Shown one piece after another: positions 10,356 to 19,714 of a DNA stretch of 32,000 nt. Every line of letters starts with the position of its first letter. Position 1 is the first letter of the stretch. The DNA is from Mycobacterium tuberculosis H37Rv (GTDB lineage: Bacteria > Actinomycetota > Actinomycetes > Mycobacteriales > Mycobacteriaceae). The translations under genes were made by a program, and so were the position numbers. A model generated the notes under the pieces. The model had not been told where the DNA came from, did no database searches, and saw nothing but the letters and a program-made list of their open reading frames with translations. The DNA lies in the NCBI RefSeq assembly GCF_000195955.2, contig NC_000962.3, positions 3,690,001-3,722,000 of the forward strand, in the 5' to 3' direction.

Positions 10356-10526
10356 TCAGAGTCGATTCAGCGCGCGTGCCATGCACGAGTCCTCGAGGAA
10401 CCGATAGCGCCTAGGCTGGGACTGCCGCAACCACAGCCGATCCAGCGCCGAACGCACGATCCGGCGAACGGGTGTGCGGGTAACAGCCTTGTCGATGTCG
10501 ATGGTGGAGGCGCTGTCGCCGTTCAT
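10356..10526 (-). CDS. Candidate small basic protein, 56 aa (not in the supplied ORF track)
   Basis: Manual translation: MNGDSASTIDIDKAVTRTPVRRIVRSALDRLWLRQSQPRRYRFLEDSCMARALNRL*. About 80% GC at third codon positions, a weak upstream AAGGGA, and located 19 nt before the Rv3312c start on the same strand. Confidence 0.45.
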   Translation of the reverse strand: MNGDSASTIDIDKAVTRTPVRRIVRSALDRLWLRQSQPRRYRFLEDSCMARALNRL

Positions 10527-10704
10527 GACAGGTTCCCTTCAAGCGTCCTGCAAGCGGTTGCCAAAGCCGTCGCCTATTTTCTGTCATCGGACGGCGCGAT
10601 CCATCGGCACGGGAGCGTAAATCTGCCCCGCCGGGGGTCGTAGCTTGCCGGGGGCACGCCCGGGTTTATACGCGTATTCGCTGATGCGGCCCGGTCAACG
10701 AGCG

Positions 10705-11016
10705 CTATGCGCCGCCACCGGCAGCCGGGGGCGGCGGCGCAGCACCGGGATCGTCAAGCACGGGACCTTCGAGGATGGGTCCGGGGTAGTCGCGGCTGTG
10801 GTCGGGGCCGTCGCTGTCGCGGTGGAAGTCGTCATGGCAGGTGTAGGGATCCCAGTTGGGCCCCCATGCGGGGTCGAAAGGCTGCCCCGGGCACCAGTAG
10901 TAGTCGGGCACCGGCGCGGTTTGGGCTGCGGACTGCGCGCCGACCCCGAGACCCGCCACACCCGTGGCCAGGATGCACGCCGCCAGCATGAGCGTGCGGC
11001 ACGCGAACCGGTACAT
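10705..11016 (-). CDS. mtp: Curli-like pilin / secreted antigen (Rv3312A), 103 aa
   Basis: MYRFACRTLMLAACILATGVAGLGVGAQSAAQTAPVPDYYWCPGQPFDPAWGPNWDPYTCHDDFHRD...PPPPAAGGGA: signal peptide, short secreted body and Pro/Gly-rich tail. Confidence 0.9.
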   Translation of the reverse strand: MYRFACRTLMLAACILATGVAGLGVGAQSAAQTAPVPDYYWCPGQPFDPAWGPNWDPYTCHDDFHRDSDGPDHSRDYPGPILEGPVLDDPGAAPPPPAAGGGA

Positions 11017-11086
11017 GCGATGACGGTACGAAAGCGATCTGGCAAGCAACTGGACGCTAGGTGCGATATACCAGAGAACTTGCTGA

Positions 11087-12184
11087 TTACTCGCTGTGAC
11101 CCATGAGCGCCGCGAACCGCGGCTTGATCACTTCGTCGATTATCGCCAGCCGCTGGTCGAACGGAATGAACGCGGATTTCATCGCATTGACGGTGAAGCG
11201 CGCCAGGTCGCTCCAGCCATAACCGAAAGCCTCTACCAAACGATGCATTTCGAGGCTCATCGAGGTGTCGCTCATCAGCCGGTTGTCGGTATTGACGGTC
11301 ACCCGGAACCGGGCCCGAGCCAGTAGGTCGAACGGATGCTCGGCGATGCTTGCGACCGCGCCGGTCTGCACGTTGGAGCTGGGGCACAGCTCCAGCGGAA
11401 TTCGCTTGTCCCGCAGGATAGCTGCCAGCCGACCCAACTGGAAACCGCCGTCGGCATCCACGTCGATGTCGTCGACGATCCGCACCCCGTGACCCAGCCG
11501 GTCGGCACCGCAGAAGGCGATCGCCTCGTGGATGGACGGCAACCCGAACGCCTCACCGGCATGAATCGTGAAGCGCGCGTTGTGATCACGCATGTACTCG
11601 AATGCATCCAAGTGCCGGGTTGGCGGGTGGCCGGCCTCCGCGCCGGCGATGTCGAATCCGACAACTCCCTTGTCCCGGAACCGGATCGCCAACTCTGCGA
11701 TCTCCCGGGACATTGCGGCGTGCCGCATCGCGGTGACCAGACAGCGGACGGTGATGGGTTGACCATCGGCGGCACACGCCTTCTCGCCGGCGGCGAAGCC
11801 CGTCAGAACGGTGTCGACGACGTCGTCGAACGACAGCCCGCAGCTGATGTGCAGCTCCGGCGCGAACCGCACCTCGGCATAGACCACCGAATCGGCGGCC
11901 AGGTCTTGCGCGCATTCGAAGGCGACCCGATACAAGGCCTCGGGAGTCTGCATCACCGCCACCGTGTGCGAAAACGGTTCCAGGTAGCGCTCCAGCGAGC
12001 CGCTGTGCGACTGGGTGCGAAACCAACTTGCCAGCGCGTCGACGTCAGTTGCCGGCAGGTCGTCGTATCCGACCTGCCCGGCAATGTCCAGCACGGTGGC
12101 CGGCCGCAGCCCGCCGTCGAGGTGATCGTGCAGCAACGCCTTGGGGGCTAGCCTGATCGTCTGCAGGGTCGGCGCAGCGGTCAT
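11087..12184 (-). CDS. add: Adenosine deaminase
   Basis: 365 aa from ATG 12184 ([30 protein letters not shown]...) with [13 protein letters not shown] and SNVQTGA motifs. The start overlaps the deoA stop (TGATG). Confidence 0.95.
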   Translation of the reverse strand: MTAAPTLQTIRLAPKALLHDHLDGGLRPATVLDIAGQVGYDDLPATDVDALASWFRTQSHSGSLERYLEPFSHTVAVMQTPEALYRVAFECAQDLAADSVVYAEVRFAPELHISCGLSFDDVVDTVLTGFAAGEKACAADGQPITVRCLVTAMRHAAMSREIAELAIRFRDKGVVGFDIAGAEAGHPPTRHLDAFEYMRDHNARFTIHAGEAFGLPSIHEAIAFCGADRLGHGVRIVDDIDVDADGGFQLGRLAAILRDKRIPLELCPSSNVQTGAVASIAEHPFDLLARARFRVTVNTDNRLMSDTSMSLEMHRLVEAFGYGWSDLARFTVNAMKSAFIPFDQRLAIIDEVIKPRFAALMGHSE

Positions 12185-13467
12185 CAGACGATCCGATCGA
12201 CGATTAGCGGCCGCACCTGCGGCGGACTGTCCCGGATACTCCAACCGCCGGCCAGCTCGGCTCGCGCCGCACCAAAGCGCTCGGGAGCATTCGTGTAGAG
12301 GGTGAACAACGGCTCACCGACCACAACCGGCTCCCCCGGGCGGCGATGAATCCGCACCCCCGCACCGTGCTGTACGCGTGCGCCCGGGCGGGACCTGCCC
12401 GCACCGAGTCGCCATGCCGCTAACCCCACTGCCATCGCATCGATGTCGCCCATTGTGCCGCTCGCGCCCGCCGTGACGGTTTCCGAATGCGAACCGATCG
12501 GCAACGGTTTCGACAAGTCACCTCCCTGCGCGGCAACCAACCGGCGAAACCGGTCCATTGCGGTGCCGTCCCGCAGCGTCTGGGCCGGGTCCCGGCCGTG
12601 GATCCCGGCAAGCTCGAGCATCTCGCCGGCCAGCCGCAACGTCAGCTCCACCACGTCGGGCGGTCCGCCGCCGGCCAGCACCTCCAGCGCCTCGGCCACC
12701 TCGAGCGCATTGCCGACGGTTCGACCCAGCGGGCAGTTCATCTCCGTCAGCAGGGCACGGGTGGGCACGCCATGCGCCGCGCCCAGTTCGACCATGGTGT
12801 GCGCAAGTTCGCGCGCCTGCACTGGCGACCTCATGAAGGCCCCGGAACCAACCTTGACGTCGAGCACCAGTGCACCCGCACCCTCAGCCAGCTTCTTGCT
12901 CATAATCGAACTGGCGATCAACGGCAGCGATTCGACGGTGCCGGTAATGTCGCGCAGCGCATACAGCTTGGCATCGGCTGGCGCCAGCTGGCCGGCGGCG
13001 AAGATCGCGGCGCCGACGTCGCAAAGCTGCTCGCGCACCCGCTGGTTGGACAGATTCGCGGTGAACCCGGTGATGGATTCCAGCTTGTCCAGGGTGCCGC
13101 CGGTGTGGCCGAGTCCGCGGCCCGACGCCTGGGGCACTGCGCCACCGCAGGCGGCGACGACGGGCACCAATGGCAGCGTGATTTTGTCACCTACCCCGCC
13201 GGTGGAATGCTTGTCCACGGTCGCTAGTGGCAGATCGGTGAAATCCAGCCGGGCACCCGAGGCCAGCATGGCCGCCGTCCATCTGGCGATCTCGCCGCGG
13301 TCCATGCCCCGCCAAACGATCGCCATCAGCAGCGCCGACATCTGTTCGTCGGCGACCCGGCCGTCGGTATAGGCCTTGACGACCCAGTCGATGGCGGCGT
13401 CGGACAACCGGCCGCCGTCACGTTTGGTGCGGATGACGGTCGGGGCGTCGAATGCGAAGTCGGTCAC
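12184..13467 (-). CDS. deoA: Thymidine phosphorylase
   Basis: 427 aa from GTG 13467 ([19 protein letters not shown]...) with the signature [23 protein letters not shown]. Confidence 0.94.
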   Translation of the reverse strand: MTDFAFDAPTVIRTKRDGGRLSDAAIDWVVKAYTDGRVADEQMSALLMAIVWRGMDRGEIARWTAAMLASGARLDFTDLPLATVDKHSTGGVGDKITLPLVPVVAACGGAVPQASGRGLGHTGGTLDKLESITGFTANLSNQRVREQLCDVGAAIFAAGQLAPADAKLYALRDITGTVESLPLIASSIMSKKLAEGAGALVLDVKVGSGAFMRSPVQARELAHTMVELGAAHGVPTRALLTEMNCPLGRTVGNALEVAEALEVLAGGGPPDVVELTLRLAGEMLELAGIHGRDPAQTLRDGTAMDRFRRLVAAQGGDLSKPLPIGSHSETVTAGASGTMGDIDAMAVGLAAWRLGAGRSRPGARVQHGAGVRIHRRPGEPVVVGEPLFTLYTNAPERFGAARAELAGGWSIRDSPPQVRPLIVDRIV

Positions 13468-13865
13468 CGGCGTTCCCGGGGGAGGTCGTCGAGGCCGAAG
13501 GCGTCGGGCAGCAGGTCGCCGAGCCGGCGGGGTCGCACCGGATGGTCGATCAGTAGCTCGGAACCCCCGTGTTCGAGCAGCACCTGACGGCATCGCCCGC
13601 ACGGCATCAGCACGGATCCATGGCCGTCGACGCAGGCCAGCGCGAGCAGCCGGCCGCCGCCGGTCGAATGCAGGGCGCACACCACCGCACATTCGGCGCA
13701 CAAAGTCAAGCCATACGAGACGTTTTCCACGTTGCATCCGGTCACCACGCGACCATCGTCGACCAGTGCGGCCGCACCCACCGCAAACCGCGAATACGGC
13801 ACATAGGCTCCGGCTGCTGCCTGGGTTGCATTGCCCCGCAGCATATTCCAATCGACATCAGGCAT
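13464..13865 (-). CDS. cdd: Cytidine deaminase
   Basis: 133 aa from ATG 13865 (MPDVDWNMLRGNATQAAAGAYVPYSRFAVGAAAL...) with zinc-binding CAECAVV and PCGRCRQ. Confidence 0.95.
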   Translation of the reverse strand: MPDVDWNMLRGNATQAAAGAYVPYSRFAVGAAALVDDGRVVTGCNVENVSYGLTLCAECAVVCALHSTGGGRLLALACVDGHGSVLMPCGRCRQVLLEHGGSELLIDHPVRPRRLGDLLPDAFGLDDLPRERR

Positions 13866-14029
13866 TCGGCAACCCCGCTCGTCGATGGGCCGACTAAGAA
13901 AAGCCAGCCTAACCCCGGATCCACACACGATCCCGATCGGACTGTTCGACACCGCGGGCAACCTGGCCAAGTTAAGCTCGATTGCCCGGCTCTAGCTGTT
14001 CGATAGTGCTTTTAAGGGGTTTGCCAGCG

Positions 14030-14440
14030 GTGAATACAACGGCGACAACCGTCTCGCGCGGGCGGCGGCCACCTCGGACCCTGTATCGGGGAGATCCCGG
14101 TATGTGGTCGTGGGTATGCCATCGCATCAGCGGCGCGACGATTTTCTTCTTCCTGTTTGTCCATGTCCTGGACGCCGCCATGCTGCGGGTGAGCCCGCAG
14201 ACCTACAACGCGGTGCTGGCGACCTACAAGACCCCGATCGTCGGCCTGATGGAGTACGGCCTAGTCGCCGCGGTCCTTTTTCACGCACTGAACGGGATTC
14301 GGGTCATCTTGATCGATTTCTGGTCGGAAGGCCCGCGCTATCAGCGGCTGATGTTGTGGATCATCGGCAGCGTCTTCCTCTTGCTGATGGTTCCGGCAGG
14401 CGTGGTGGTGGGCATCCACATGTGGGAGCACTTCCGATGA
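14030..14440 (+). CDS. sdhC: Succinate dehydrogenase cytochrome b556 subunit
   Basis: GTG 14030 with upstream AAGGGG gives MNTTATTVSRGRRPPRTLYRGDPGMWSWVCHRISG...; multiple TM segments and conserved H residues. A shorter start at ATG 14102 gives 112 aa. Confidence 0.88.
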   Translation: MNTTATTVSRGRRPPRTLYRGDPGMWSWVCHRISGATIFFFLFVHVLDAAMLRVSPQTYNAVLATYKTPIVGLMEYGLVAAVLFHALNGIRVILIDFWSEGPRYQRLMLWIIGSVFLLLMVPAGVVVGIHMWEHFR

Positions 14441-14871
14441 GCGCCCCGGTCAGACAGCGCAGCCATGACCGTCCAGCCAGCCTGGACAACCCACGATCAC
14501 CACGGCGGCGTGCCGGCATGCCCAACTTCGAGAAATTCGCCTGGCTGTTCATGCGGTTTTCCGGTGTTGTGTTGGTGTTCCTGGCGATCGGGCACGTGTT
14601 CATCATGCTGATGTGGGACAACGGCGTGTATCGCCTGGACTTCAACTTCGTTGCCCAACGCTGGGCGTCGCCGTTCTGGCAGACCTGGGATCTGCTGTTG
14701 TTGTGGCTGGCGCAGCTGCACGGCGGCAACGGTCTGCGCACCATCATTGACGACTACAGCCGCAAAGACACCACCCGATTCTGGCTGAACTCGTTGCTGG
14801 TGTTGTCCATGCTGTTCACCCTGATGCTGGGAACCTACGTGATAGTGACATTCGACCCGAACATCTCCTGA
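14437..14871 (+). CDS. sdhD: Succinate dehydrogenase hydrophobic membrane anchor subunit
   Basis: 144 aa from ATG 14437 overlapping the sdhC stop (ATGA); TM-rich. Confidence 0.93.
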   Translation: MSAPVRQRSHDRPASLDNPRSPRRRAGMPNFEKFAWLFMRFSGVVLVFLAIGHVFIMLMWDNGVYRLDFNFVAQRWASPFWQTWDLLLLWLAQLHGGNGLRTIIDDYSRKDTTRFWLNSLLVLSMLFTLMLGTYVIVTFDPNIS

Positions 14872-14889
14872 AAGGCCCGGAAGGAGCAC

Positions 14890-15003
14890 ATGATCACGCC
14901 ACCTCTCCCCCGCAAGCGGGCGGTACCCCCACCTCATCGCTGCGGCCCCCTCGTCGCTTCGCGGCTGGGGGTGCCCCCACTGCATCGTCGGCGGCGGCGT
15001 TGA
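14890..15003 (+). other. 37-aa mini-ORF created between the ancestral sdhA RBS/ATG and the current sdhA start
   Basis: AAGGAG-cac-ATG ATC ACG CCA CCT... encodes MITPPLPRKRAVPPPHRCGPLVASRLGVPPLHRRRRR*. The stop TGA (15001-15003) overlaps the TTG start of sdhA (15000-15002). Confidence 0.55.
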
Positions 15004-15005
15004 TC
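14891..15005. repeat. REP/MITE-like 110-bp GC-rich inserted element with inverted arms and flanking TGATC direct repeats
   Basis: TGATC at 14891-14895 and 15001-15005. Internal arms ggtaccccca (14922-14931) and tgggggtgcc (14966-14975) are inverted with one mismatch. Excising 110 bp restores ATG ATC TGC CAA CAC CGA in frame. Confidence 0.6.
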
Positions 15006-16772
15006 TGCCAACACCGATACGACGTGGTGATCGTCGGCGCGGGCGGTGCCGGGATGCGCGCCGCGGTCGAGGCGGGTCCGCGGGTGCGTACCGCGGTGCT
15101 GACCAAGCTGTATCCCACCCGCAGCCACACCGGCGCGGCCCAGGGCGGCATGTGCGCCGCGCTGGCCAACGTCGAGGACGACAACTGGGAGTGGCACACG
15201 TTCGACACCGTCAAGGGCGGCGACTATCTCGCCGACCAGGACGCCGTGGAGATCATGTGCAAGGAAGCCATCGACGCGGTGCTCGACCTGGAGAAGATGG
15301 GGATGCCGTTCAACCGCACCCCCGAGGGCCGCATCGACCAGCGCCGCTTCGGCGGGCACACCCGCGACCACGGCAAGGCCCCGGTGCGCCGGGCCTGCTA
15401 CGCGGCCGATCGCACCGGCCACATGATTCTGCAGACGCTGTATCAGAACTGCGTCAAGCACGACGTCGAGTTCTTCAACGAGTTTTACGCGCTGGATTTG
15501 GCTTTGACTCAAACGCCGTCGGGCCCGGTGGCCACCGGGGTGATCGCCTACGAGCTAGCGACCGGTGACATCCATGTCTTTCACGCCAAGGCCGTCGTGA
15601 TCGCGACCGGCGGCTCGGGCCGCATGTATAAGACCACGTCCAACGCACACACCCTGACCGGCGACGGCATCGGCATCGTGTTCCGCAAGGGACTTCCCTT
15701 GGAGGACATGGAGTTTCACCAGTTTCACCCTACCGGCCTGGCCGGTCTGGGCATCTTAATCTCCGAAGCGGTGCGCGGCGAAGGCGGCCGGCTGCTCAAC
15801 GGGGAAGGTGAGCGTTTCATGGAGCGCTACGCCCCGACGATCGTCGACCTAGCGCCCCGCGACATCGTCGCCCGCTCGATGGTGCTGGAAGTGCTGGAGG
15901 GACGCGGCGCCGGACCGCTCAAGGACTACGTCTACATCGACGTCCGCCACCTGGGCGAGGAAGTGCTCGAGGCCAAGCTGCCCGACATCACCGAGTTCGC
16001 CCGCACCTACCTGGGCGTGGATCCGGTCACCGAGCTGGTGCCGGTCTACCCGACGTGCCACTACCTGATGGGCGGCATCCCGACCACAGTCACCGGGCAG
16101 GTGCTGCGGGACAACACCAGCGTTGTCCCGGGCCTGTATGCGGCCGGCGAGTGCGCGTGCGTGTCGGTGCATGGCGCCAACCGGCTGGGCACCAACTCGC
16201 TGTTGGATATCAACGTCTTCGGTCGTCGGGCCGGCATCGCCGCCGCCAGTTATGCGCAGGGTCACGACTTTGTCGACATGCCGCCCAACCCGGAGGCCAT
16301 GGTGGTGGGCTGGGTCAGCGACATCCTGTCCGAACACGGAAACGAGCGGGTCGCCGACATTCGCGGGGCGCTGCAGCAGTCGATGGACAACAACGCCGCG
16401 GTGTTCCGCACCGAGGAGACCCTGAAGCAGGCGCTCACCGACATCCACGCGCTCAAGGAGCGCTACTCCCGAATCACGGTGCACGACAAGGGGAAACGCT
16501 TCAACACCGACCTGCTGGAAGCCATCGAGCTGGGATTTTTACTGGAGCTGGCCGAGGTCACGGTGGTCGGCGCTTTGAATCGCAAGGAGTCCCGCGGCGG
16601 TCACGCCCGCGAGGACTATCCCAACCGCGACGACGTCAACTACATGCGACACACCATGGCCTACAAGGAAATTGGGGCCGATAAGGAGGGCCCCGAGCTG
16701 CGCAGCGATGTCCGCCTTGATTTCAAACCCGTCGTGCAGACCCGTTACGAACCCAAGGAACGGAAGTACTAA
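15000..16772 (+). CDS. sdhA: Succinate dehydrogenase flavoprotein subunit
   Basis: 590-aa ORF (MICQHRYDVVIVGAGGAGMRAAVEAG...YPTRSHTGAAQGGMCAALAN) with the FAD-linking HTGAAQGG motif. Confidence 0.96.
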   Translation: MICQHRYDVVIVGAGGAGMRAAVEAGPRVRTAVLTKLYPTRSHTGAAQGGMCAALANVEDDNWEWHTFDTVKGGDYLADQDAVEIMCKEAIDAVLDLEKMGMPFNRTPEGRIDQRRFGGHTRDHGKAPVRRACYAADRTGHMILQTLYQNCVKHDVEFFNEFYALDLALTQTPSGPVATGVIAYELATGDIHVFHAKAVVIATGGSGRMYKTTSNAHTLTGDGIGIVFRKGLPLEDMEFHQFHPTGLAGLGILISEAVRGEGGRLLNGEGERFMERYAPTIVDLAPRDIVARSMVLEVLEGRGAGPLKDYVYIDVRHLGEEVLEAKLPDITEFARTYLGVDPVTELVPVYPTCHYLMGGIPTTVTGQVLRDNTSVVPGLYAAGECACVSVHGANRLGTNSLLDINVFGRRAGIAAASYAQGHDFVDMPPNPEAMVVGWVSDILSEHGNERVADIRGALQQSMDNNAAVFRTEETLKQALTDIHALKERYSRITVHDKGKRFNTDLLEAIELGFLLELAEVTVVGALNRKESRGGHAREDYPNRDDVNYMRHTMAYKEIGADKEGPELRSDVRLDFKPVVQTRYEPKERKY

Positions 16773-17563
16773 TGAGCGTCGAGCCGGACGTCGAAACTTT
16801 GGATCCGCCCCTACCGCCGGTACCGGACGGCGCGGTGATGGTGACCGTCAAGATCGCCCGGTTCAACCCCGACGACCCCGACGCGTTCGCGGCCACCGGC
16901 GGCTGGCAGAGCTTCCGGGTGCCCTGTTTGCCCAGCGATCGGCTGCTCAACCTGCTCATCTACATCAAGGGCTACCTCGACGGCACGCTCACCTTCCGGC
17001 GATCCTGCGCCCATGGGGTGTGCGGCTCTGATGCCATGCGCATCAACGGGGTGAACCGGCTGGCCTGCAAGGTGCTGATGCGTGACCTGCTGCCGAAGAA
17101 GAAGGGCAAATCGTTGACCGTCACGGTCGAGCCGATCCGCGGGCTGCCGGTGGAAAAGGACCTGGTGGTCGACATGGAGCCGTTCTTCGACGCCTACCGG
17201 GCGATCAAACCGTACCTGATCACCAGCGGCAACCCGCCCACCCGCGAACGGATCCAGAGCCCGACCGACCGCGCCCGCTACGACGACACCACCAAGTGCA
17301 TCCTGTGCGCGTGCTGCACCACCAGCTGCCCGGTGTTCTGGCACGAGGGCAGCTACTTCGGCCCGGCGGCGATCGTCAACGCGCACCGCTTCATCTTCGA
17401 CAGCCGCGACGAGGCCGCCGCCGAGCGCCTCGACATCCTCAACGAGGTCGACGGGGTGTGGCGCTGCCGCACCACGTTCAACTGCACCGAATCCTGCCCA
17501 CGGGGCATTGAGGTGACCAAGGCGATCCAGGAGGTCAAGCGCGCGCTGATGTTCACCCGCTGA
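16772..17563 (+). CDS. sdhB: Succinate dehydrogenase iron-sulfur subunit
   Basis: 263-aa ORF with CAHGVCGSDAM, CILCACCTTSCPVFW and FNCTESCPRGI Fe-S cluster motifs. Confidence 0.96.
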   Translation: MSVEPDVETLDPPLPPVPDGAVMVTVKIARFNPDDPDAFAATGGWQSFRVPCLPSDRLLNLLIYIKGYLDGTLTFRRSCAHGVCGSDAMRINGVNRLACKVLMRDLLPKKKGKSLTVTVEPIRGLPVEKDLVVDMEPFFDAYRAIKPYLITSGNPPTRERIQSPTDRARYDDTTKCILCACCTTSCPVFWHEGSYFGPAAIVNAHRFIFDSRDEAAAERLDILNEVDGVWRCRTTFNCTESCPRGIEVTKAIQEVKRALMFTR

Positions 17564-17568
17564 GGGCT

Positions 17569-17634
17569 TGCGCGAGCAGACGCAAAATCGCCCGAAAACC
17601 AGTGGTTTTGGGCGATTTTGCGTCTGCTCGCGCA
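17569..17634. terminator. Long near-perfect hairpin between convergent sdhB and vapC44
   Basis: tgcgcgagcagacgcaaaatcgcccgaaaacca / tggttttgggcgattttgcgtctgctcgcgca: about 32-bp arms with one bulged base and a minimal loop. Confidence 0.75.
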
Positions 17635-17641
17635 GCCGGGT

Positions 17642-18070
17642 CTACAGCGTTGCCAGGTGCTGTTTGGTTGCGCCAGGAACCGCAGTCAACGCAATCGACT
17701 GATCGAAGGTGACAAATCGGCCATCATGAGCGACCGCGAGGGCCAGCAAGTACGCGTCGGTGACCTGTTTGGGGCTGTGCAGGCGGGAACGATCGATGAC
17801 CTTTGAGTCGAGAATGCTGACGGTGCAGGACCAGAACTCGTGATAGCGCGTGTGCGTCGCACGAGCCAACAAGTCGATGGCATGGGCTACCGAGATTGGG
17901 CTGGGATAGCGCGGTTGGCTGATGACGCGGACGAACCCGTTTTGGGTGATCGCACAGGAAGCCCATCCCCGCTCGATCTGCCCGGTGATCCACGCTCGGG
18001 CGCGCTCGTGGTCGACGTGATCGCGGTCCAACAGCGCCAGTAGCACGTTGACGTCCAACAGCGCTCGCAT
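17642..18070 (-). CDS. vapC44: PIN-domain ribonuclease toxin
   Basis: 142 aa, MRALLDVNVLLALLDRDHVDH...; acidic residues at PIN positions, downstream of an RHH/antitoxin-like gene. Confidence 0.92.
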   Translation of the reverse strand: MRALLDVNVLLALLDRDHVDHERARAWITGQIERGWASCAITQNGFVRVISQPRYPSPISVAHAIDLLARATHTRYHEFWSCTVSILDSKVIDRSRLHSPKQVTDAYLLALAVAHDGRFVTFDQSIALTAVPGATKQHLATL

Positions 18071-18073
18071 CGA

Positions 18074-18316
18074 TCACACGGCCTCCTCGTCACGAAGCCG
18101 ATCGATCAGCGCGTTCGATACCGCTCCACCGCGATGAGGCAGGGGTTCGAAGCCATGAAAGGCGTCCTCCTGGCTCGCCGCAGGCTGGGGATTCTGGTTG
18201 GTTAACGCTTGCCGGGCCAGATCCGACAGGATTTCACCCGCGGTGCGCTTCTCCCTGCGTGCCCGTTCCTTCACGGCCAGCAATACATCGTCGTCGATGG
18301 ACAACGTGGTGCGCAT
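18074..18316 (-). CDS. vapB44: VapB-type antitoxin
   Basis: 80 aa, MRTTLSIDDDVLLAVKERARREKRTAGEILSDLARQAL, a ribbon-helix-helix-like N-terminus; 3 nt from vapC44. Confidence 0.92.
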   Translation of the reverse strand: MRTTLSIDDDVLLAVKERARREKRTAGEILSDLARQALTNQNPQPAASQEDAFHGFEPLPHRGGAVSNALIDRLRDEEAV

Positions 18317-18437
18317 GCATCAGATGCTATCGCACCAATCTGGGCGCAACGCGTCTACAGGATGGCCAGCGCTCGCGGCATTGAGAATCTCCTTCGTGGG
18401 TGCACTCCCACGCGAGGTAGGGGCCGACGACCACCAT

Positions 18438-19052
18438 CTATGCCCCTGGCAACGGTGAGCGCCGCGCGATCATGATCCGCGACGGCGCCGAATCGCAGTT
18501 ACCCTGCCCCTCGTGTACAACGGTGAAGTCGGCAGGAAGCAGACACGCTGGCTCTCCCGGCTTGACACGTCGCTTCGCGCTGGCTGTGCCCGCCTCGGCG
18601 CCACTGAGAGCCAGCGACTCCCATGCCAATACGCCGCCTGGCATCACCGCCTCACAGGCGCGGTGAAATATCGCCGCATCCCAAAAGAGCCTGCTGAGCA
18701 CCAGCGCGAAACGCGTCTCGCCGGGTTCCCAGCAGCCCAAGTCGGCCTGCACGAGGTTGAGCCGATCGGCCACGCCTCGACGCACGGCCTCGCTGTCCAG
18801 CTGCAGCAGCGCGACATCGGACACATCGATTGCGGTGACCTGGCGGCCGTGGGCGGCCAACGCCAGTGCGGTACCCGATCGACCGCTGGCTAACTCCAGA
18901 ACGGGACCGTCCGGAACGCCTGCTCTGAGGACATCGGCGAGCCAAGGCACCGGGGCAAACGGCGCGTGCGCCGAACCCGCGCGTTCGTATCGCGCGTTCC
19001 AGTCGACGCGGTTGGGGTGCTCCCGCAGCGCCGGATCCGTCTGCACGCTCAT
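18438..19052 (-). CDS. SAM-dependent methyltransferase (Rv3322c), 204 aa
   Basis: Motif [35 protein letters not shown] at 19052 overlaps the moaX stop (ATGA). Confidence 0.85.
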   Translation of the reverse strand: MSVQTDPALREHPNRVDWNARYERAGSAHAPFAPVPWLADVLRAGVPDGPVLELASGRSGTALALAAHGRQVTAIDVSDVALLQLDSEAVRRGVADRLNLVQADLGCWEPGETRFALVLSRLFWDAAIFHRACEAVMPGGVLAWESLALSGAEAGTASAKRRVKPGEPACLLPADFTVVHEGQGNCDSAPSRIMIARRSPLPGA

Positions 19053-19714
19053 GGCCGATTGGCCACCCACTCAACACCGTCGAGTGCGAACTCCTTCTTC
19101 CATATCGGCACATCCTGTTTGAGCCGCTCGATGCACATGCGAGCGGCGTCGAACGCGGCCGCGCGGTGAGGAGCCGAAGCACCGATGACAACCGCCGCAT
19201 CACCGATGCGCAATTCACCGGTCCGGTGTGCCACGGCAACTCGCACACCGTCGGCCTGTCGTTCACACTCTTCGATGATGTCCATCAGCGTGCGGTGCAC
19301 CATGGCCGGATAGGCCTCGTAGTACAACTTGGTCACTTCGTGGCCGTTGTTGTTGTTACGCACGGTACCCACGAAGATGACGGCGCCGCCCTGGGAAGGT
19401 CCAGATATCGCGTTGAGCACTTCATCGACGCTCAGCGGCTCATCGGTGAGCCGGCAGTAGACATCGGAGCCCCCGGCAACCTGCGGTATGAACGCCACCG
19501 TGTCGCCATCGTCGAGAATCGTTGATGCTGGCGCTATGGATTCGTTAACGGCCATCCGCACTCGCTTGCGAAAATCAGCAAGTGGCGGATAGTCGATTTG
19601 CAATTGGTCGACTAAGCCGTCGACGGTGGTGCCGCTTTCGAGTGAGATCTTCTCGTGAGCGACCTTGCACGCTTCGCGAACCGCGCCAAAGTAGAGCACA
19701 TTGACAGTAATCAT
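19049..19714 (-). CDS. moaX: Fused MoaD-MoaE molybdopterin synthase
   Basis: 221 aa: N-terminal MoaD-like domain ending ...FIPQVAGG followed directly by a MoaE-like domain ([33 protein letters not shown]...[22 protein letters not shown]). Confidence 0.94.
   Translation of the reverse strand: MITVNVLYFGAVREACKVAHEKISLESGTTVDGLVDQLQIDYPPLADFRKRVRMAVNESIAPASTILDDGDTVAFIPQVAGGSDVYCRLTDEPLSVDEVLNAISGPSQGGAVIFVGTVRNNNNGHEVTKLYYEAYPAMVHRTLMDIIEECERQADGVRVAVAHRTGELRIGDAAVVIGASAPHRAAAFDAARMCIERLKQDVPIWKKEFALDGVEWVANRP

Noticed and set aside
11336-12151. 271-aa antisense ORF opposite add
   Set aside because: High-GC shadow ORF opposite a well-supported enzyme; no recognisable domain.
12443-13372. 309-aa plus-strand ORF opposite deoA
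   Set aside because: Low-complexity Ser/Ala/Pro-rich mirror of deoA codons, a typical antisense artefact in high-GC genomes.
17642-18316. vapBC44 considered as part of a novel defence system
   Set aside because: Standard VapBC type II toxin-antitoxin module with no associated extra genes.
18395-18412. Small hairpin CGTGGG-tgcact-CCCACG between vapB44 and the methyltransferase
   Set aside because: Only a 6-bp stem with no U-tract; such dyads are common by chance in GC-rich DNA.
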